Shown here: piece after piece, positions 16,092 through 29,839 of the stretch | Layout of the letters: the number at the start of each line of letters is the position of its first letter | Position numbering within the stretch: the first letter of the stretch is position 1 | Notes under the pieces: model-generated | The model's database searches: none | Told to the model about the DNA's origin: nothing | The model's input: only the letters and a program-made list of their open reading frames with translations | Made by a program: the position numbers and the translations under genes | NCBI GenBank assembly: GCA_020137815.1 | Contig: CM035361.1 | Span: forward strand, 2,542,001-2,606,000 | DNA: 64,000 nt | Source: Hormiphora californensis | Lineage: Eukaryota > Animalia > Ctenophora | Direction of reading: 5' to 3'

Positions 16092-16979
16092 TACATCACA
16101 ACATTCTAGTTTCTGAAAACTTCCATTTTTCACATTTTAGCCACTCATATAATCAGCCAACCATAATTAGCGTGATTCACATTCACACACCCACCAAAAT
16201 TAATCGTAGGGTTTTTTAACTTGTAAATGCTTTCAAGGCTGGACTACAATATTTTATTATCAATTGGTATACCAACATATACGGAGTGTAGCGTATCGCA
16301 GTATAGTATGTTTCTCTGTTTTACATTAGTCTTAACTTTAGATACGTGATCACAGTTTGAAAATCAATTACAAAATTTTAGTGTTTTACTTTGAGGGTTT
16401 GAATTGGATATGAGTGCACTCACTCGAGTGATAATAGATAGAGTCCGAAACTGTCAGAGCATTGGCCTGACAGGTCCGAAATCTCATTGATAAGAGACTA
16501 AAATGAGCTTTCCTGTCCACCACTCATTGGGGTGTGAGGTTCCAAACTATTTCTATTTATACTATATTTCCCTTTGCCTAGCTTAAGCTAGACTGTGTTT
16601 CGTGCGCCCCGCAAAAGTAAAGGAGGGTTAGAACATAACAAATTCAGTTCGCCCTTGTGCATTGTAGAGAGGTTGCTCGTCTGATCGTTCCCTTATCTTT
16701 GTAATCGTATACCCTCCCTAAACCATCCCTCGCACCCTACCTCCCTTGTCTTTGTATCTGAACCACCCAACCAACTACAAATCTACACATTTGAACAGGA
16801 TAAGAACTCTATGTTTATTGTTTAACTATTATCAATGCAACTGATAAACGCACTACAAATTACTCATAATGAATTTACAGTTTTTACATAATGTTCAAAA
16901 TTCAAAGCTTTGGTTGATTAAGAGATTGCGGGAGAGTAGAACTGAGTAGTACACTATAGTGTTCCGGCCATAATTATAT

Positions 16980-17590
16980 GGTTTGGGGGGGGGTCCAGCT
17001 AAAAAAAAAGCTAAAGGTACCCTGATTTTGGCGATTAGCCGTTTTTTTTTTTTAGCTTTTTAGCTTTTTTAGCTTTTTTTAGCTTTTTTTTAGCCCTACT
17101 TTTTTATGTTTTTTCAGCATTCATTTTGACACATTTTCCATTAAATTTTCATCCTTCCGGACGTCTATTGACTGCATTTGTTCATTTCCTGCACATTTTT
17201 TTTACCATAATCTACCTTTATGTCCACATAGCAATTTGGTATCCACCCCTACTGCCATTTCTGGGAGAATTTTTTCGATTAAAAATATTATTAAAATTGA
17301 TAAAATAGTTTTAAAAGTCAATTTACTTTTGGGGCCCCAAAAAAACCCCCCCCCCCTTTTTTGGGGGGAAAAAAAAAAAAAAAAAAAAAATTTTTTTTTT
17401 TTCTAAAAATAAAAAAAAAAAAAAAAATTTTTAAAAAAAAATAAACCCTTTTTTTAAAAAAAAAAAAAAATTTAAAAAAAAAAAACCCCCCCGGGGCCCC
17501 CAAAAAAAAAAACCACAAACAAAAAAAAATTTTTTAAAAAAAAAAAAAAATAAAAAAAAAAAAAAAAAAAAAAATTTAAAAAAAAAAAAA

Positions 17591-17630
<40 letters not shown>

Positions 17631-19213
17631 AAAAAAAGGGTCCTATTTTGGGTTGTTGCTTTTTTAGGGGAAAAAATTTTTTTTTCCCCTTTTCCCCCTT
17701 TTTTTCCTTTTCTTTTCCCCCCCAAAAAAAATTTCTCCCCCCTTACTGGGTGAAGCCGTCCCCCCTAAAAATGAAAAGGGGGTCGGGGAAAAATTTTTTC
17801 CCCCCCTCCCCCAAATTCCCCCCCCAATTCTCAGCAATCATCCAGCTAAAGCCCACTTCTATGTGAAAATTGTAAATTTATATTTTTGGGTTGGGAAAAT
17901 TTGGAGAAAAAATCACAAATTCATCACTCAAATGTTCCCGATCATTTCAGTTCCCGCAAGAAACATCAGCCACACCCCAGCCCCCCCGCCCCCCCCACCC
18001 CCGCCCCTTTTTTCTTTTCTCACTCGTTCCCGCATGCACTCGTTCCTGCATGCACCCCCCCTACTTTCTCTGTTTTAAAATTTTCCCCTCAAGGGCCCCC
18101 GTTTTTGGGCGCTCTCCTCCCCGGGTTTTCCTCCTTCCTTTTTTCTGAAGTGGCCCGTCCCATTCTTTCCCCCTTTAAAGGGGGCTCTCCCCTTTTTCCC
18201 CCTTTTTGGGCCCATTGGGGGTTTGAAAAACCCTTTCCAAACCTTTTTCCCCCATTGGTCCCCGGTTTAGGGTTCAACCTTTGCGGGGCGGGTTTTCTTT
18301 TCCCCAACCCCACCCCCTGCCGGGCCTTTTCCTCCCCCTCTCCTTCTTTCCTCCCTTTTCCCATCTCCCCCCTTTATTCTCCCGGGGGCCTCCTCTTTTT
18401 TTTTCCCTTCCGCCCTTTTTTTCTCGCCCCACCTCTCCCCCTCGCTTCCTTCTGCCCTCGGGATTTCTCTTTTTCTCGCTCTCCCCTCCCCCTCTTCCCC
18501 TTTCTTTTCTCTTTTTCTCTCTCTCCTCTCTCTCCTTCTCTCTTCTCTTCCCCTCTCTTCTCCCCCCTCTCGGGGTTGGTCTTTGGGAAAATTTTAAAAA
18601 TAATATTTTTAATATGTCAATGGGACCCACCCGGGATCGGATCTTGCATTATACTTTGTTATAATATTGTTTTTAACCCTTTTTTTTTTCTTTCCATCTT
18701 TTTTTCTTTTTTTTACCCCCGAAAACCCCCCCCCTTTCCCTTCCTCCCTTCCCCCCGGGGAACCCGGTTTTACCCCACCGCTTAAGGGTGCCAAATCCCC
18801 CCCCACATTACCGTACGTAGCCCCTTTAAAATTTAGGCTTTTTTAAAAAAAAGAGAGTGGTCGGGAGGGGGCCCGGGGCGGGTTTCCCCCCCGCGGGCCA
18901 AGCGCTGTAAAAAGGTTTTTGTGCCGTGGGAAAATTTAATCCACCCCAAATTTATTTTTGTCTAGTTTTAAACAAAAAACCTGCTCTCCGTGCGACTCTT
19001 TTGGAAAGAAAACCAAACCCAATTTGGTTGATATTCAATTGGGCATTTTTAAAAATCTTTGTGAGGGCGAGACCCGGGGCCTGGCGGGTTTTTCGTGTCA
19101 AAAAGGGACAGAGGGGAGGGGGGCGCGGTGAATTCATTTTTTGTGGGAGCCCTTGGATACAAAAAACAAAAGGTTTTAAACCCCTTTTGAAAAAACTATG
19201 GATGGGGGAGAAG

Positions 19214-19246
<33 letters not shown>

Positions 19247-19860
19247 ATAAAAAAAATTTCCCTCCCCTCGTTATGATAAACAAACCCCCTTCACACCTTT
19301 CCCCGAAGGCAAAAAAAAGGATGGGGGAACCCGCTCTTTCGGAAAAAAGGGAAACATCTAATGGGTGGTGGCTGGTATTGCTGCGGGGGTTTTTTTAACC
19401 CTTCATTGCACTAGGGTTTTTTAAAACTGGGGTGTTCGGGTTTAAAATGGATGGAACCCTTGGCGGGACAACAGGTAGTGGTGGGGATGAAGTGGAAAAT
19501 GAGTCAAAAATTTTGGGAAAAAATTTGCAGCATAGTTTTTTAGTGGTGTTTTAAAGGGCCCTGTCCTTTCCCTTATTTTAGGTTAATTCATTTTTGGCCC
19601 TTTGAGTTGTTCACAGTAATATTTTCATTTTTTCACCCGAATTAATTTTTTGTGTAACTATAAATCCAGGGATCATTTTAGATTATAAAGGGGAAGGCAA
19701 TTGCCCAAATTTTAATAAAAAAAACCCCTTTTAATTATAGAAACACATAATCTTAATCTTTTATACTGATTTATGGAATGGGAATTTCAAATTTTTAATC
19801 GTTGTAGTTGGAATTAAGTTAATTTTGTTTGAAATTTTTATTCTACCACTGTAAAAAAAC
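16980..19860. other. Probable low-accuracy sequence (homopolymer-inflated, uncorrected reads)
   Basis: Runs of A/T/C/G much longer and denser than in the flanks; garbled versions of repeats that appear intact elsewhere. Confidence 0.8.
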
Positions 19861-20578
19861 GAGTATGACTTTGATGGTAAAGAGAGGTTAACGACTAGAC
19901 TCCCCTCTCACCACGGGGCAAATGGATGAGGGCGCTACTGACCCTCTTCGGCCCTCTGAATAGAGTGAACAGAGGATCCTGATCGCTTGTCAGCGCTTTT
20001 TTTCCCGCTTCAAAGTTCTGCGCGCCGACACATGACTGCGCGCACAGATCAACAGTTGAGTCATCGCGCCCTCCACCTGATTTTTGATATTGCCACAATG
20101 GGACAGATCTGAGGCCACGAAGGATCAGTGACACAGTACGCCGTTGCCATGCTCCGCAGACTGTCCATTCGGCCCGGTGTGAGAGCTGACAGACGACTGA
20201 CGAGGAACATGTCAAGTACGCCGCACAGGACCCTATTAGTGCCTAACAACTTATAGTTTCTTAGATATATGCAGGTGCAGTGGTTAACTTTACACAGTGG
20301 TATTACAATGTAATGAGGTGTACAACTGGTATACTACTGTATAGTACCGTGATTGAGTTTAGCCTGACAAACTTCAGTTGTCATCTTCAGAGTTTCTACG
20401 ACTCGTATAATCTAACTTACAAAGTCTCCATGCATACAGGATCAGGTTGTCATGTTTGTGTGTGTCACAAGGAGGCTCCCCCAGGAGCATGGGTGTGTAT
20501 AATGTGGTTAATCCTCGATAATCCATTTTGCAGATGTTCGGGGTTATCCATGGCAACACTGAGGGAGAGAGAGAGAGA

Positions 20579-20626
<48 letters not shown>

Positions 20627-21003
20627 TAGAGAGCGGAAGAGGAGAGCCCTTGGGCCCAAACTCAAATTTTCCTTCTCTTCTGGGGAGGGCTCGACAGGAT
20701 CTTCGGTTTCTATTTTGAAACTATATCCTCATCTTTCTCCCGCCTCCGTGTCTCCGCCCCCCAACCGGGTTAGCCATTGTGCCCCGTCACAAAAACCCCC
20801 CCGTCCTCACCTCACCACATCGCACCGGGTTCCCCTATAAAAGAAAGGAAAACTAACGAGATCGTCCCAAGTTCATGTTATTAGGTTAAATTTAACCAAC
20901 TTTCATCGAATCAAGGCCAAAACACAACACGAAGAAATCAGGATCTATCTAAGCTATGGGTAGTGGGTAGTGGGTAGTGGTATTGAATATACATATCAGT
21001 CAA

Positions 21004-24000
21004 CTATTTGCCCTCAAGAACGGATCTAGATTCAAGAAGTTCAGTTACATTAAGATTAAAGTTAGGTACGAAGTTCTCATCTCCAACAATACCAGGTAGA
21101 GGGGGTGCCTTCTGGATTCCTTTCCCCTCATTCCCCTCCCTCCTGGCTGGGGTTGAGGTGGCAGTGATAGCAGATAAAGGTGCCTTCTGATCCCATGAAG
21201 CTACCTCTATATCATGTCTCAAGAAGGATGTATCAGGAAGAGGTTTAGGTTTGAATGGCTCCCTCCGGGGTAAGGATGTTTCAGAAACTGGCAAGGAAAA
21301 GTTGTGTTCTGGATTTTCAAACTCTGTAGCACTCTCTTCAAGATCACTCATAGCGAGTGCTGCAAGAGAATCAGTCATGATAGGTATTTCTGCGATGGTA
21401 CCGGATGTAGGGGTTATATCAGACAGAGGTTTGATGTACAAAGGATCACTAAGGGGCTCAACCTGTTCTGCTACAAAGGAGGTTTCAGAAAATGGCAGTG
21501 AAAGGTCTGGAGCCTTGCCAAAATCTGTATCACTCTCCTCTAGATCACTCATTGCCAGTGCAGCGAGGGAGTCAGTCATGACTGGAATATTGGATGATGG
21601 GATAGCTGAGAGTGGAGCTACATTGAAGTTACTAGTCAGTAGACCCCGGACACGTGATCTAGCCACTTCATCATCACGGGGTTGGAGCGTTGGAGGGGGA
21701 GGTAGTGGGGCTTTGGGAGAGAAACAGGAAGAGGCGTCTAGGGAGAGATCTGGTATAGTGCTGGTCAAAGACAGCTCCCCTGCCATGACATCATTGTATG
21801 AGATGTTCCCATTATGAGAGTTATTCAGCTGTTGTAAATCCTCATCAGGGAGTATTCCACCTTCAAGAAAGTTCTCCATTATAGGTGCGGATGGGGTTAA
21901 AGGATATTCCAGAGATACCGGTTTGACGCTAAGAGGTTCAGAAACTACGGCCGCTGTAGAATCTAGAATCACTGTCGTAGTGGGTTGTATAACAGCCATT
22001 GACTCTAGAGCTGGATCTTTTCCTCCGTCAGAATTGATCACATTTTCTGGTTTAGAAAGGTCTAGATTCTGCTCCCCATCTTTTCGATCGACAGGATTTT
22101 CCTCTATCTGAGACTCCTCCAAATCACTGAGCGCCAATGCAGCCAGAGACTCAGTCAGTTGAAACTTTCCAGGCTCAGGTTGGTTAAAACTTTCATTTCG
22201 GGATATTAGCTGGTCAAATGTGGGGAGATCCTCACCATCATCAAACTCCAAGGATTGTTTCTGTCCTGGATTTTCAATCGAACCTCTAGGACTCCCCTCA
22301 TCCTCACTCATATTGGGCCATGGAATGAGGTTTCCAGGCTTAGCAGGCGTAGTGAAGCAGATGGTATGGTATTGACCCTGGTCAATTGATAGCCGAGTTG
22401 TGTAACTTTCCTCTTCGTTCCTGTCCCAGACCATGGACTGTTCTCCATCCAAAGCAACCAAACTATTGTCTCCCTTAGCAACCAAACTATCATCTCCCTT
22501 AGCAACCAAGCTATCATCTCCCTTAGCAACCAAGCTATCATCTCCCTTAGCAACCAAGCTATCATCTCCCTTAGCAACCAAACTATCATCTCCCTTAGCA
22601 ACCAATCTATTATCTCCCTTAGCAACCAAGCTATCATCTCCCTTAGCAACCAAGCTATTATCTCCCTTAGCAACCAAGCGTTCATCTCCTTTAGCAACCA
22701 AGCTATCATCCCCCTTAGCAACCATGCTAACATCCCCCTTAGCAACCAAGCTATCGTCAATTCCCAGAATTTCATTCCTCGATAAATCAAGGTACTCCTC
22801 CATGAAACTCTGTGGGAGAAGCTGCACATCGCTATCAATATACAGATCTTCTTCAAAGTCTTCTGGTGAGGGGACAGTAATGGGCTGGAGAGGATCAGTC
22901 TGGGAAATATCTGGAGAGAGCGGGTCTACCGGGTAGCTAACCGATTCTGGAGAGAGCGGGTCTGCCGGGTAGCTAACCGATTCTGGAGATAGTGGCGGGA
23001 GTTCGTGATTAGAAGAGGAGGGTGACAGTGTACTGGCTGGAGATAGTGTCCCAGTTTCATCCATTCTCACACCGGTAGGTGAGACGATTGGGTCTGATAA
23101 CAAAGATGATGCTGAGGATGAAATCTGAGACACAGAAGATTGCGAGCTCAGTTCCCGTTTCAACTTCAATCGTTCACTCAAAGGCAGTAGATCATCATCA
23201 CTATCCGCAAGTGGAACCTTTGGTGGTTTCCTCTTTGGTGATTTCTTGGGTGATTTGGTCTTCTTGTTTGATGGTTTGGTGCCCCTTCTTGTTGGTGGTG
23301 GGGATATAACGGTCTCTTGTTTCTTTTCAACTGGATATCGATCATAAATTGGGACGACTTCCTTCTTCTTCCTTGCACCTGCACACCGTCCTTTTTCCCT
23401 CCACTCTGCTACTGTTGATGGAATGAGACTCTCGACAAATTCTTCTCGTAGGATGGTGTAGATTGTATCAATCTCTAGTGTAGTTCGGAGATGAGGTTCC
23501 TGAACTGTGAATTCCAATTCAAGAAGATCATCGGCACCTTTCCGTCGAGCCTGAAATTGTAGATGATTAGTTACCGCCTAACAAAGTAAAAAACTTGGGA
23601 AACTTATTAAATATTACATTTTAGAAAACTTCTGACCCGTACCTTTAGTATTCGAGAGAACTGAACTGGGTGTGCTTCACCCTGTAACTCAGTTCTATAT
23701 CCATGCCCATATTCCACATGTTGAGACAACACATGAAGTGCTGCAATCTGTGCAAATTTCTCAGCAGATATGGCTGGTCTCCACTGCAGTTGACTGGCCA
23801 TGTATTGTAGGAATGAGTTGGAGGATGGGAGCAACCAGCGGGGATCAAGTGGAGGAATGGGCCTGGAAATAGACCATGATAATTATACTGTTCGACAATG
23901 TTTTTGTTGAGATATTGGACCATTAGTCCCTTGAACCTGTCTCACTAAACCGCACTCACCTCTCATTGCGGAACTCTGTAGCAATATCCCTCACTGGTAT

Positions 24001-25821
24001 CTTCCTCTTTCTGACAGTGTTAACAAACTTCACACAGCAAACCATGTGCGGGGAGGATAGGAGGCGCTGGGAGGTGTGTTTGGTGCAGGAACAAGGGAGA
24101 GCGGAGGAAGGGGTACAGGGTTGAGTGTTGCAGACGGAGCAGCATCCTGTAGTGTGGTCTTTCTTACTTCCTGGAGGGATATGGTTTCAGGGGTGAGTCT
24201 TGAGATAGATGAAGTTTTTAGTGGTGTTATGAGAAATCAGGAACCGACTGATACAAGTAAACAAACAATCAGAACTCATTTCTTAGGTCACGTGACTGGT
24301 TATGAGCCAATCAGGGACCAGTATTTCCTGATTCGGTCAGTTCCTGTGAGAAATCCTAATCTGATTTTACAGAGGGGAAGGTCTTACCAACATGTTTGCA
24401 AGTTCCACAGTGAGGTTTTGCCCTGATATTCTTCAATCGATCCCACTTGTCACCTATCTCCTCACTCTTCTCTGACCAGGAAGCAATCTCCTCCGAAATA
24501 TCCCTCATCCTATCTCGCTCCGTTATAAACTTGAGAATGACCGGTCTCCCAAGGCCGGAAACACCCTGAATGAGGTAAAAGTGGAATAGTGGAAAGCATG
24601 ATAACCACTGCACAATCAAAGCATGATAACCACTGCATAATCAAAGCATGATAATTGATAACCACTGCACACACTTACGTCCGGATTGTAATCACACCCA
24701 CTAAGTATTGCAAAACCCACAAGATCATCTCTACTGAGTCCCAGCTCTCTTTCTACCCTGGACATGTCGTAACAATCACAACACGGCTCTGTCACCATCA
24801 GATTCCGATAGACCTGGATAACAATTCGTGAATGTGGATAATAGGAGGCTTTATGAAGATACAGTTACGGGTCATGAGGAACCGACCGACACAAGTAAAC
24901 AACCAATCAGAACTCGTTATTTAGGTCACGTGACTGGTTATCAGCCAATCAGGGACCAGTATTTCCTGATTCGATCGGTTCCTGGTCATGAGTCTAATTG
25001 TTAGTTTGTTATTGATTTCCAATAATTACCTTCCTTGCACCATACAGGAATGCATCACCGTCCGTTGTTATTACTCCATCAACCAATGACTGCTCCTGAA
25101 AGTAATAACTTCTTAGCTCAACAGGGTCAAATATGAACTTCATTGAGATAACGCGTTTTAATTTTTTGTTTAACTGCGAACATGTTAGCATGTTATGCAG
25201 CTGTTACCTGGAGTTTTGAGGCAGCTGCCTCAGCTTCATAATCACCCGCTAAAACAGGGATACCAAGAGAACAACACAACTCCTGGCATTTCTTCATAAT
25301 CTTCATAAACCTTCGTCTTTGTATTATCTGAAATTAAAGAAAATGTGTTACAGAATGTCAACAATTACCTACGGATAGTGGATAGTTAAATCTGGTTATT
25401 ACTTATTTCACCTTGCTATTCCTATCAAGTTGGACACCAAGACGTCGTGCAATTGTCTCTGCTTTGAGATGAGGAGCCTTCCCATCTGTTACCACTACAA
25501 TTCCCACACCGTGTTCTAATAAGTGGTTTATCTGGAAATGAGATGAAATTTAGAAATAAAGCTCAGAGATTCTATTGAAAAATAGTTTACAGTTTACAAG
25601 TTAACCAAGCTCATGGTGTTTTAGTTCTATTTCATTCTAGTATTTCAAACCTTGTAGAACAGTTGCCGTAGGTAGATATTATCATACTGGTTATTTGTTA
25701 CAGTCTCAGCCTGTACCACCCATACAGCAAGATCAACGGCGAGAACCTTCCCTTGGAGTGCAGTTATTGGTACCCTCTCTTTGATGGGATCCAATATCTT
25801 CCATAGTCCCTTCACCCCCAT
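21004..25821 (-). CDS. GEN1: Holliday junction resolvase GEN1 (XPG/Rad2 family) with a long low-complexity C-terminal exon
   Basis: Start MGVKGLWKILDPIKERVPITALQGKVLAVDLAVWVVQ; YLRQLFY; VVVTDGKAPHLK; LGIPVLAGDYEAEAAAS; VDGVITTDGDAFLYGARK; LVGFAILSGCDYNP/GVSGLG (H3TH); chromodomain-like segment then an ~840-aa tail. Confidence 0.93.
22455..22757 (-). repeat. In-frame 24-bp coding minisatellite (AKGDDSLV, about 12 copies) in the last GEN1 exon
   Basis: ttagcaaccaagctatcatctccc units on the + strand; frame-preserving. Confidence 0.95.
24238..24346. mobile_element. CCAAT/E-box hAT MITE, copy 2
   Basis: Exact 8-bp TSD tgagaaat. Confidence 0.9.
24879..24984. mobile_element. CCAAT/E-box hAT MITE, copy 3 (first 3 nt missing)
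   Basis: 8-bp TSD gtcatgag. Confidence 0.85.
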
Positions 25822-26065
25822 ACTTCATGGTGCTATATTGGGGACCACTGTCAGATGATACGAACCGACCACAGCTATAACTCGTGCCACGCACAAACAT
25901 TAAATAGTCCCACGGGATCATTCCCGTTATTATGTGGGTTGAAATTTAATATCGGATAAACTTTGAAGCAGTCAAATTGGTTGAGTGGTGCCCGATTGGC
26001 AAATGCTACTGACCCTATTGCGTGATAAGGCTGAAGGCAGCGCTTTTCAAGGTGTCCGAAAAAGA

Positions 26066-26314
26066 CGGCCAGCGTTAAAATCTGGGTGTTTTGGGAGTGC
26101 TGACAAACGGTTTTTTAGGGTTAGGGCTAAAGTAGGGTTAGGGCTAGGGTTGGGGTTTGGGTTGGGGTTAGGCCTTGACATTCCCTACCAGATAAACTTT
26201 GAATCAGCCAAAACGGTTGAGTGGTTTGACCGTTAGAGCCATTTTAGTGAATCAACTTTTTTGGCAGCGCGCGCCTGTAAACAGGCCTCCAAACACCCAG
26301 ATCGTAACGGCGCC
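26066..26314. mobile_element. Short MULE-like MITE with a degenerate TTAGGG core, upstream of GEN1
   Basis: GG...CC termini, imperfect TIR (cgtt..atctgggtgttt..gag), 9-bp TSD cgaaaagac. Confidence 0.78.
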
Positions 26315-26735
26315 CGAAAAAGACGGAGAAATTTTTAAAATTTTTTCCCCGCCCGGGTGCCTTTTGCAAAAAGGCATAGGGGGTTTAGAAATCTAAACGG
26401 ATATAGTGACTATGTGTAGCAAGTCAGCTGTCTTGTCCCGTTTCAGGTTGCGAGGGGCAACATGTAGCAACTAGAGCCGCGCACACAACAACAACCTGCT
26501 CCTTCATAAACCACTTCATTGAAACGTTTTCAGGAAATGTGTGGCGCGCAATTTAGTGCAACTAAAACACAAGGATTTGTTCTATACTGTTTGCGTGATG
26601 TATAAATCATCCGAAATGCCTGTCCCGCCTTCATGTTAGGAATGAAATGTTGGCGGGGAAACATAGCATTATGAAACATTGGCAAACGTTGCAGCGCGGG
26701 ATAAGGCAGCGCTTTTCAATATGAAACATAATGTA

Positions 26736-26935
26736 TGGCGGTGCATGAGTGCACGATGAATTTTTTAACAAAAAAAGAAAAAATGAAAAAGAAAAAGAAG
26801 AAAAATTGAAAAAAAAGAAAAAATGAAAAAGAAAAAAAAGAAAAACTGAAAAAAAAGAAAAAAATTCGTTTTTTTGAAATTTCGCGTGCACTCATGCACC
26901 ACGTGAACCGTAAATCGGCTCAAAAGTGCACGCGC
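26736..26935. mobile_element. Single arm related to the 33489-34309 foldback element
   Basis: Shares tggcggtgcatgagtgcacgatgaa...gtgcactcatgc...ggctcaaaagtgcacg. Confidence 0.7.
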
Positions 26936-27016
26936 GTGCTAAATGCTAACAATTTTCACTTTCACCGCGCGCTAGACGCAATCGCGAGCAAGTGCTCCAG
27001 TAGACCCTATCGATTC

Positions 27017-27089
27017 CTGTCTGGCGCCGCGACCCATCTGAGCGCACTGTGTGTGTGAGAATCAAATGGGGTATGGCGCCGCCATACAG
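27017..27089. mobile_element. ~70-bp hAT-type mini-MITE (CTGTCTGGCG...CGCCATACAG); other copies 45227-45295 and 49428-49809 (interrupted)
   Basis: Imperfect TIR; 8-bp TSDs atcgattc/accgattc here and exact tgatagac at 45227. Confidence 0.82.
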
Positions 27090-27250
27090 ACCGATTCCGA
27101 CATCACACCAACATCAGCGAAAAGGTTCATCACTTTTCTTTTAAGTGGATCGCTTATTCATTGTTAATCAAACTAAAACACGTGATATACGATATTGTTT
27201 GAAGAATGGTAGTAAAATTTACAGTCAATATATATTTTTTCTCGTCTCTA

Positions 27251-27360
<110 letters not shown>

Positions 27361-28885
27361 TCTCTCTCCATCTCTATTTTTCTCTCTCTTTTTCTCTCTC
27401 TCCCACACAGGTATAATTATATAAAGTCACTTCTTCTTCAAAATAGAGTTTCAAACAATTATTGAGTACACTCTGGAAATCAAGAACTTTGGACCGGGGA
27501 CACCGATTGGAGTGAAGGTAGTAAACACTTGTATTGTTGTTGTGCGGGGGTCGGTGCAACAGCACAAGTAAACACTTGATGTTTGACACTCGTTACTTTA
27601 GCTTTGGCAACCTGAAACAAGTATTATATTAGTCCTATATATGGAAAGCGACTGGCTATTTGAAACGTTGGTGATGCCATCACCTCTCAGCCCGCTTCGC
27701 GGGCTTCGTTTTCGCGCGCTACGCGCGCGAGTTGTAAGGGTCTCTTCGGGGAAAGGGAGAGTACACCCCTTTGAATGGAGACGATAAACCACCCTACCTA
27801 TACCCTTAGCAGGAGATTCAACTGTTCTTACCTGAACTAACAATATGGTCCATTGGCACACAGTTTCCGTTCATCACCAATCATCATATAAATGACCTCT
27901 GTGTGAGGCAGGGAAGTCTATCAATTTAGGAGCCTGATCGCTTCATATTCAGTAAACTCATCTGTATAGCAACAATTAGCAATACATTTCTCTGGTCCAG
28001 CATGTGATAATCTGAAGAGAGGGGAGTTAGTAAGATAGAGGAGTGGGGAATTGAGAGGAGAGAGGTCTTATCAACAATCCCTGGAAGTTGGTGAGGAGAC
28101 AGAGTGGATATTGAACCCCTGGATATTTGAAGTGGTTCAGTCTCCCTGGGAAAGGGGAGAGTGAACCCCTGGACATTTGAAGTGATTCAGTATCCCTGGA
28201 TTGTGGACTCTGGAGTGTATGCAGTGTAATTAAAAACCTACATGTATTTTCACAAGCTGGCCATCATAGCATACTCCTTTGAAGTGCTCCATGAAGCCGG
28301 TCGGAGTAACATCAAGTGCACAGATGGAATCGTACACAAGCTTCCCCAGGGTATCACCATCGTTTTTCTTTCCCACATAGGGGTGGCCAACGTGACAAAT
28401 TACCGGTCCGCACAGCGATGATCAGCCGCTTCCTGAGAATTCAGAATATTCAGAATATTATTATCACTTGGTCACTATGTTTGACCTTTGAAGTTTCTCA
28501 TCATTTGGAAACCGGCTACCGGGCACACCTGAAACTACAATTAGTCTATCCATGAATTAACAATGAACTACCTTCCCATGTCTGCCGTTACCGTGAAATC
28601 ATTTTCATTCAAGAACTGCCCCAGTTTTCTTGATTGAATTTGAAACGTGGTATCAATCACCTTCGGTGGCAGATGATCGTTATGTCCCATGTTTCCCCAC
28701 TCCTCCCCATTGATAATGGAGACCTCCACTTGTCCCGCAAACTGCCTGAAATAATCTGGAGTTTAGTCAAAGGTCATTTTCACACCGCACATACTAGCTT
28801 TCTGTTTTATGCAATGTTCAAAAATGATATACTGTATGTCTGTATACAATTAAATATAAAACCTGGCCTCACCTGTAAGACACAC

Positions 28886-29839
28886 GGTACCCGCCCTCCC
28901 TGCCGACGGACCTCCCTGCCGACGGGTCGGCAGGGAGGTCATTCGGCAGGGAGGGCGGGATATAGGGGTATAATGTCCTACGTGCCGACGAGATTGGGAT
29001 GAGATCGCCGTCGGCACGTAGGACATTTGACCCCTATATTCCGCCCTCCCTGCCGAAAACTGACTCCGAGAGAGTATTCGGCAGGGAGGACATTTACCCC
29101 TCCTATTCACCCTCTGTACCGACGATCGGCAGGGAGGATATTTCACCCCTCCTTTTACCCTCTGTACCGACGATCGGTAGGGAGGGCGTTTCACTCCTTC
29201 TGTGAGCTCGAGAATTTGGCCGGCAGGCCAAATACGAAGAGTTCACTGTGTATTGTTCCTCTGAGTATCGTTAGGGTAAGGGTTAGGGTTAGGGTTAGGG
29301 TTAGGGCGGTGGTTAGGGTTAGGGTGGTGGTTAGGGCGGTGGTTAGGGTGATGGTTAGGGCGATGGTTTGGGTTATGGTTTCGTCGGCACAGAGGGTGAA
29401 AAGGAGGGGTAAATGTCCTCCCTGCCGATCGTCGGTAGTGAGGCTGAAAAGGAGGGGTAAATGTCCTCCCTGCCGACGGCCCTACTTGCCGATCGTCGGT
29501 ACAGAGGGTAAAAGGAGGGGTAAAATGTCCTCCCTGCCGATCGTCGGTACAGAGGGTAAAAGGAGGGGTAAAATGTCCTCCCTGCCGACCGTCGGCACAG
29601 AGGGTAAAAGGAGGGGTAAAATGTCCTCCCTGCCGACGGCCCTCCCTGCCGATCGGTAGGGAGGTCCGTCGGCAGGGAGGGCAGAAAATAGGGGTATAAT
29701 GTCCTACGTGCCGACGGCGATCTCATCCCAATTTCGTCGGCACGTAGGACATTATACCCCCATATCCCGCCCTCCCTGCCGAATGACCTCCCTGCCGACC
29801 CGTCGGCAGGGAGGTCCGTCGGCAGGGAGGGGGTGACTC
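28886..29839. mobile_element. (TTAGGG)n-cored MULE-like element, copy 2
   Basis: Nearly identical to 5684-6636; 9-bp TSD aagacacac/aagacacgc. Confidence 0.88.

Noticed and set aside
17318-19398. F/P/K/G-rich ORFs up to 299 aa
   Set aside because: Products of homopolymer-rich, probably erroneous sequence.
19895-20560. Possible minus-strand exons downstream of GEN1
   Set aside because: Coding-like composition, but no recognisable domain or consistent frame, and adjacent to low-quality sequence; cannot support a call.
21251-22936. Plus-strand ORFs (188 aa; ATKLSSPL repeats) and the WLLREMIA-repeat ORF
   Set aside because: Antisense or alternate-frame shadows of the GEN1 terminal exon and its 24-bp repeat.
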